64,000 nt of DNA, taken from a virus (taxonomy: Duplodnaviria > Caudoviricetes). The translations under genes were made by a program, and so were the position numbers. The notes below the pieces were generated by a model that saw nothing but the letters and a program-made list of their open reading frames with translations, did no database searches and was not told where the DNA came from. The stretch is taken from the IMG/VR virus record IMGVR_UViG_3300018494_000083; one strand, given 5' to 3'. Below are positions 59,111 to 64,000 of the stretch, piece by piece (within the stretch, counting starts at the first letter, position 1; each line of letters starts with the position of its first letter).

Positions 59111-61408
59111 TTAGAATACATCACCGGTAGCATCTGTTCCAGTCTGAATCTCTTCTTTCTTCTTTTCACCAACTGCTGATTCTTGTGCTTTCTTTACCAT
59201 AGTATCGATAGCATCCCAATCAAGGGTAGGCATGTTAGCTTTAAAGTATTCAAGTTTGAAGAGTCTGACCTGCTTGTCTGCGAGAGTCTCTGCTTCAGGA
59301 GCAATGAGAAGCTGCGACAGAGTATCTGCCATTTCAGTGATAGAGTTAATTCTCTCTCTGTTCATCTCGAAGACGATTACAGAAGGAGGATTAAGAGTAA
59401 GTTCGATATCACCAAGAGCTTCAAACTCAGGGTATTCATAACTTACAATAAGTCTGAACATCTTTGTCAGATCAGGAACGATTTCATTCTGAGCATCGAG
59501 AGTTGCCTTAGCCATATCCATGTTAGACATAGCGATAGTCTTAGCGAACTCAATATTCTCAAAATCATCAATTACAGAAGCAGGTACACCAAACGACTGG
59601 ATAATCGATTTGATAAGCCACTGTAAGAAGTCGTTGTTCATGTCGACATTCTGTCCAGAGATTGTTTCTGTTTCAATAGGTCTTTCGCCATCAACAGATA
59701 CAGGCATAAATACATCGACAGTGGAACCAACGAGGTTAAAGATCTCATTGATTGTACCCATGTCAGAGTATCTAATCTGGTTCTGTTTAATAGCTCTGAT
59801 AGCAGAGTTAGTATGACCCTCGATATCAGTAGTAAGACCAGTCTTAACATAGTAGATATTTCTATCTGCACCTCTGGTAACATTTGTGATTACGTTCGAG
59901 AGAAGGGTAAGGATATAAAGCTTTGCAAGGAACATGCAATTCTTCATAATGGATCCTTCTTTTCTTCTGAACTCACATACATCATCAGGATGGAAGAATA
60001 CTACTCGCTTCTTATTTCTATGAAGCGCGTTGTCTTTAACGAACTCATAGATAATATCAAGATCATCGTAGTTATCATTGATAAAGCGATGGTCGATAGC
60101 CTGAATGAGTTTATCGCCAATTGCTTTGATAACAAGTTCTTCAACACGAGCAGCATTGTTAGTTTTATCATTCTTCATATATACACTGGAATTGATCTTA
60201 TCCATAACAGAAGACAGGTTCTGAGACTTCGAAGTCTCATATTTATCCTCTACATAGAGGTAACCAATAAGTGTATCACGAAGCTTAAAGGGAATAACTT
60301 TACTTGGGGCAAGTTCCTCAAGATGACATCCACGGAAATCAACTTTCTCACGGATCTTCTTGATTGTCTTTGCGTCAACCATACCTTCTGCAGCAACCTG
60401 ATCGAAGTCGATAATCTTCTTCTTAGAGGATGCTTTAACTGCAGCTTTATAGTTACGGATGATTGTTTTCATATCACCATCCGAAGTATCAGTTGTCTTA
60501 GCAATAGCAACTGCTTCGTTGATGATTGCATTGCGATAGTAATTTGCACCACCGCGAATGAATTCGATACCTTCCAAGGCTTCGTTAATAGCCTTATTCA
60601 GTACTGTGTTATCGATTTTCTCCTCTTTCTTCTGACTCTTAGAGATGTTATTCGGGTCTTCATAATACTCAAGTGTAATAGCACTCTCAAGAAGATTATC
60701 CGTGAACTGAGAAGATTCTTGGAGAAGGGATTTAGCTTGGTATGCACCGACAAGATCGATGATAGAATTTACGAAAGCATCTGCAGACTCGTTATTAACA
60801 TTGTCACTATCAAGCATATCGGGGATAGATGCATAAGGAACAACAGTAACATACTTTACAGAAGCAATGAGATATTCCATGACATAGTCCTGGAGCTTCT
60901 CATTCAGTTCGTATTTGCCAATGAGTTTATCAATCTTATCTCTATCAGCCTGGCTTACATTGGTAGCATACTTGACACCAATAGAGCCATCAGCCATTGC
61001 ATCAGGAGAAATGATATTATTCTTAATCGCTGTGATAACTTTGTGGATCTGAGGAATGCAACGTTTAATAACCTCGTAGTCTTTCAAGGTCTGAGCGAAC
61101 TTTGCATTCTCTGCTCCGATAAGTTTCTGCACAGAGTTAAGCATATCCTGATTATTTATAATTTCATATAGATCTTCTTGGTTTTTAGCCCCATTTGATA
61201 CTTTTGCTTTAGTTACATAGGAGTTGATAACTCTACGGTCATCATCTATGATTTTAGCTTGAATATCGTCTATATATGAGTCAAGATCAGCCTTGACAAC
61301 ATCTTCAGGCTTACGACCAATACCGTAGATTTGTGCATCGGTAGATCGCGTTGCTGTGTTAAGATCTTTGATCTTTGTCAGCATCGAGCTTTTTCTATTA
61401 TCTGCCAT
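59111..61408 (-). CDS. Portal protein
   Basis: 765 aa; IKNNIISPD, TRGADRNIYYVK, VFMP....PIETETISGQ and FGVPAS resemble T4 gp20-like portals. Promoter motif at 61457-61444. Confidence 0.75.
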   Translation of the reverse strand: MADNRKSSMLTKIKDLNTATRSTDAQIYGIGRKPEDVVKADLDSYIDDIQAKIIDDDRRVINSYVTKAKVSNGAKNQEDLYEIINNQDMLNSVQKLIGAENAKFAQTLKDYEVIKRCIPQIHKVITAIKNNIISPDAMADGSIGVKYATNVSQADRDKIDKLIGKYELNEKLQDYVMEYLIASVKYVTVVPYASIPDMLDSDNVNNESADAFVNSIIDLVGAYQAKSLLQESSQFTDNLLESAITLEYYEDPNNISKSQKKEEKIDNTVLNKAINEALEGIEFIRGGANYYRNAIINEAVAIAKTTDTSDGDMKTIIRNYKAAVKASSKKKIIDFDQVAAEGMVDAKTIKKIREKVDFRGCHLEELAPSKVIPFKLRDTLIGYLYVEDKYETSKSQNLSSVMDKINSSVYMKNDKTNNAARVEELVIKAIGDKLIQAIDHRFINDNYDDLDIIYEFVKDNALHRNKKRVVFFHPDDVCEFRRKEGSIMKNCMFLAKLYILTLLSNVITNVTRGADRNIYYVKTGLTTDIEGHTNSAIRAIKQNQIRYSDMGTINEIFNLVGSTVDVFMPVSVDGERPIETETISGQNVDMNNDFLQWLIKSIIQSFGVPASVIDDFENIEFAKTIAMSNMDMAKATLDAQNEIVPDLTKMFRLIVSYEYPEFEALGDIELTLNPPSVIVFEMNRERINSITEMADTLSQLLIAPEAETLADKQVRLFKLEYFKANMPTLDWDAIDTMVKKAQESAVGEKKKEEIQTGTDATGDVF

Positions 61409-61500
61409 GTGTCACAAAGCTCCTTTCTTAGTTATAAATCTTAATTATATAATTGTTTCTTCGGTCATTAATTAGCAATGTGAAGAAAAAAAATAAAGAT

Positions 61501-61525
61501 GTGGCATGGGAATCACCCATGCCAC
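61501..61525 (-). terminator. Intrinsic terminator
   Basis: GTGGCATGGG-loop-CCCATGCCAC with a T tract on the minus strand. Confidence 0.75.
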
Positions 61526-61531
61526 TTTTCT

Positions 61532-62431
61532 TTATATCTTAACACACTTGTAAATATTACAAATAAAGGTACTAGAAGTATCTACTAATGCCGACATGTA
61601 ATATTCTTTTTCGTTTATATCAAATATATCCAATGACAGCTTTGACGCAGCAGACATTGTCAAGAATAAGTTTTTCATTATTCTGAGAGTTCTCTGTTTA
61701 CCATCGATAACTGGATACAGCTCGGTAGGAATATTAGAGTTCGATATATTAGATATCTCTTCCTGGTCGAAAGACTTGCTATAAACATGCTCACATTCCT
61801 TGAGCTTGTTCATAACTTTAATAACTTTCGCCATTACACGATTCTCAGTATTGGTATAATACAGAGTGGTAGTGTGCTTTACGAGTTCCATATGAGATTT
61901 GAGAGTTGCCAAATATTTCAGGTAGAGATTATATATTTCCATATTACTCTCCCAACCCTTCTTATATGCAACTACAATCTCAAAGTCTGTGAATCCTTTC
62001 TCGGTTGCATACTTGGCAAACTTGTTGATCTCGAATACTTCGTTAACCATCTCCTCACATTCAAATGTGAGTTCAAGTCGATTCATATATTCTTTATAAC
62101 CAACAAAGTTACCAGTCTGTAATAAACTATAGAGCTCTCCGCCATTAACTCGAATCATATGTCCAAGTAATGGAGATAGAGCACCCATAAGTTTAGGATC
62201 GATAAATCCAACAGAAATATGGTTACCAAAGATAACCTCATAACCAGGAGCAGTATTCGATGAATAATCATAAGCGAATAGCATACCCTGATACATATAA
62301 TACTCAGTGCTAGATGCTAGTTTTCTACCGAAGTTATTAACCTTCTTCAAGGCTGCTAACTCATCTTTAAAAGATGTGGAAAACTCTCTAGGATCTGAGG
62401 TATCTTTTATAGAAGAAAATAGATTATGCAC
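61532..62431 (-). CDS. Hypothetical protein coupled to the DNA polymerase N-terminal gene
   Basis: 299-aa ORF overlapping the polymerase stop. Confidence 0.7.
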   Translation of the reverse strand: MHNLFSSIKDTSDPREFSTSFKDELAALKKVNNFGRKLASSTEYYMYQGMLFAYDYSSNTAPGYEVIFGNHISVGFIDPKLMGALSPLLGHMIRVNGGELYSLLQTGNFVGYKEYMNRLELTFECEEMVNEVFEINKFAKYATEKGFTDFEIVVAYKKGWESNMEIYNLYLKYLATLKSHMELVKHTTTLYYTNTENRVMAKVIKVMNKLKECEHVYSKSFDQEEISNISNSNIPTELYPVIDGKQRTLRIMKNLFLTMSAASKLSLDIFDINEKEYYMSALVDTSSTFICNIYKCVKI

Positions 62432-64000
62432 TTAAGTCATTCTCCTTTCTTCTAGCCTTGATTCTTGCGAATCCATCAACCATCTCAATGGAATACTTGA
62501 TTCTGTCATGATGTCTCTTCTTCCATTCCTTGATCATCATTTCCTTGGTAGGAAGACCGAACCATGCACCAATCTTAGCCATATCACCTGTCTCATAATC
62601 CTCGATAAACTTACCAGCTCTCATGAACTTAGGATTATTATCAGGATTCTCATTAGGCAGAACTTTCTCAGGAATGATAAGTCTACCCCACTGAGTATGG
62701 CTTGCGATATTGGCAGTGATCTTTGCATTAGGATACATCGAACTATAGTCAAAGTCACAGGTCAGCTTAAACATACGAGAAGATCTAGAACCAAACAATT
62801 CAATTCCTTCTGCAGCATTCAGGTTAGGATCACCAACAACTGCACCAGGAAGTGACATATCGTCATAGTCTTTATCTTCATCGTCTTCTCCATCACCTCT
62901 GATACTCTTGTAAAGTTCAATATCCTCTGCAAGTTCACTGGTCGATGTATTGACGTAGTTTACATTTATATTATTACCTGGCACGATATCCATCATAAAA
63001 TAGTTAATCGCCCAGAAGTTCTTCAGATACACAGATTGTTTAAGAGTCTTGGAGAATCTTGTTCCTCCGTACATAGACTGGTCAAACAGGGTATCTAAAT
63101 CGTTTGTTACTTCATCAATTCCGTACTGAAGTAAAACGTCGTTGATAGAGTATTTTACAAAGTTCCAATACTCTTCAATAGCACCGTTAAGTACTGTAAC
63201 CGTATTCTTTGAATAACGGCGTTTCTCTGCCTTCAACTCAATATGTGCAATATTATCGAGGCTGTTACCTCCGTAGTCCGAGTAGGACTTTCTTCGTTAT
63301 CTTCACTAAGGTCGTTAATCTTAGCAGTTCTCTTATGAACTTCTCCAGTCTTTCTCTGGATGTCGAGACTATATCATCATCTATTAAAGATGTCTACCAT
63401 TTCGATTTAAGGGAATCTCACCCACCCACTTGGGTCCTACTTCTGTTGCAATTGCTTGCCAAGGAATAGTCGTTGAACGTTCTCTATATAGAGCTTCGCT
63501 GCTGATGATCCATTATAAAAATACCTAGGATTTAACCATATACCATCCTCTAACTTGTTTCTACTTTCGTTCCCGAATCAGGCATAGAGGCTTTAGGACT
63601 TTCCAGCAATTAGATAGAAATTTTTTCGAACACGTCTCCGTGAACGGGGACTAAATTTATCCCAGCATAGTTTAACATCTGGTCAACCCACATCGAGTAG
63701 GAAGTACAATCAAATGACTCTGTCTTATTCTTGAAGTCGTTCTTAAAGACATTGTCATAGTTATACTGACACATATGACGCTTGAAGTCTTTGTGACAGA
63801 AATAATATTTAGGATCTTCCCCAAGATATATTAACCTGGAAATCATCTTGGGAATATCGTATCCCATGTTCCAGATCAGTATAAAGTCGGGACTCTTTGC
63901 ATGAAGCATACGGAATAATGCTCTCAAGAGATCCTTCTCATAGTCGTATATATTGATGATGAATTCAGGCTCATGATACTTTGCATCAAACTCAGCATGA
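62424..64000 (-). CDS. Family B DNA polymerase, N-terminal subunit (3'-5' exonuclease plus motif A); exons >64000-63659 and 63294-62424
   Basis: ExoII PDFILIWNMGYD. Spliced NYAGI-RKS...SLDNIA. ExoIII YSINDV. LPGAVV and motif A CDFDYSSMYP, then stop; motifs B and C are absent. Confidence 0.88.
63295..63658 (-). ncRNA. Group I intron in the DNA polymerase N-terminal gene (364 nt, no ORF)
   Basis: P1: GGGAU pairs with GUCCC. P AAUUGCUGGAA, Q AUCAGCAG, R GUUCAACGACUA, S GAUAUAGUCU. Omega-G at 63295. Splicing gives AT|A AGA AAG. Confidence 0.9.

Noticed and set aside
1-64000. Stop-codon reassignment
   Set aside because: Conserved genes are full length under the standard code, and every break in them is explained by a mapped intron.
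1-64000. tRNA or rRNA genes
   Set aside because: None recognised by eye in the intergenic gaps. A tRNAscan-SE run would be needed to exclude them formally.

Overview
This window is part of a jumbo myophage genome of the AR9/PBS1/phiKZ-like group. The host is probably a Bacillota anaerobe (inferred from the class III RNR, a clostridial-type ThyA and an Amidase_2 lysin). It encodes: (1) anaerobic ribonucleotide reductase NrdD, interrupted by a LAGLIDADG intein and two group I introns; (2) a family B DNA polymerase split into two genes ~56 kb apart, each with its own group I intron; (3) a multisubunit RNA polymerase beta-prime C-terminal subunit; (4) a dTTP/folate set (FolD, DHFR, ThyA, Tmk); (5) SbcC, an SF2 helicase and NADAR; (6) a morphogenesis block (prohead protease, major capsid, intron-split terminase, tail sheath, tail tube, portal). 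I mapped all five introns by hand from P1 pairing, P/Q/R/S elements and restored reading frames. Two phage-type promoter motifs recur: AACA-N6-TA and TATACATYATA-N4-TGA. The most striking feature is an apparently non-coding 2.2 kb stretch (10773-12984) between two convergent terminators. It is a tandem library of 20 different ~96-123 bp cassettes. Each starts ACT-CCN (Thr-Pro) and reads open for ~32-41 codons, and 18 of 20 end at a Gly. Most junctions break the frame. Two more orphan cassettes lie in nearby intergenic gaps. I infer a silent library of variable-region cassettes for a C-type-lectin-fold (DUF6273-like, R[ST]P...GVRP) receptor-binding protein. The target gene and the exchanging enzyme are not in this window. 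All annotations come from manual motif reading; no database searches were run.
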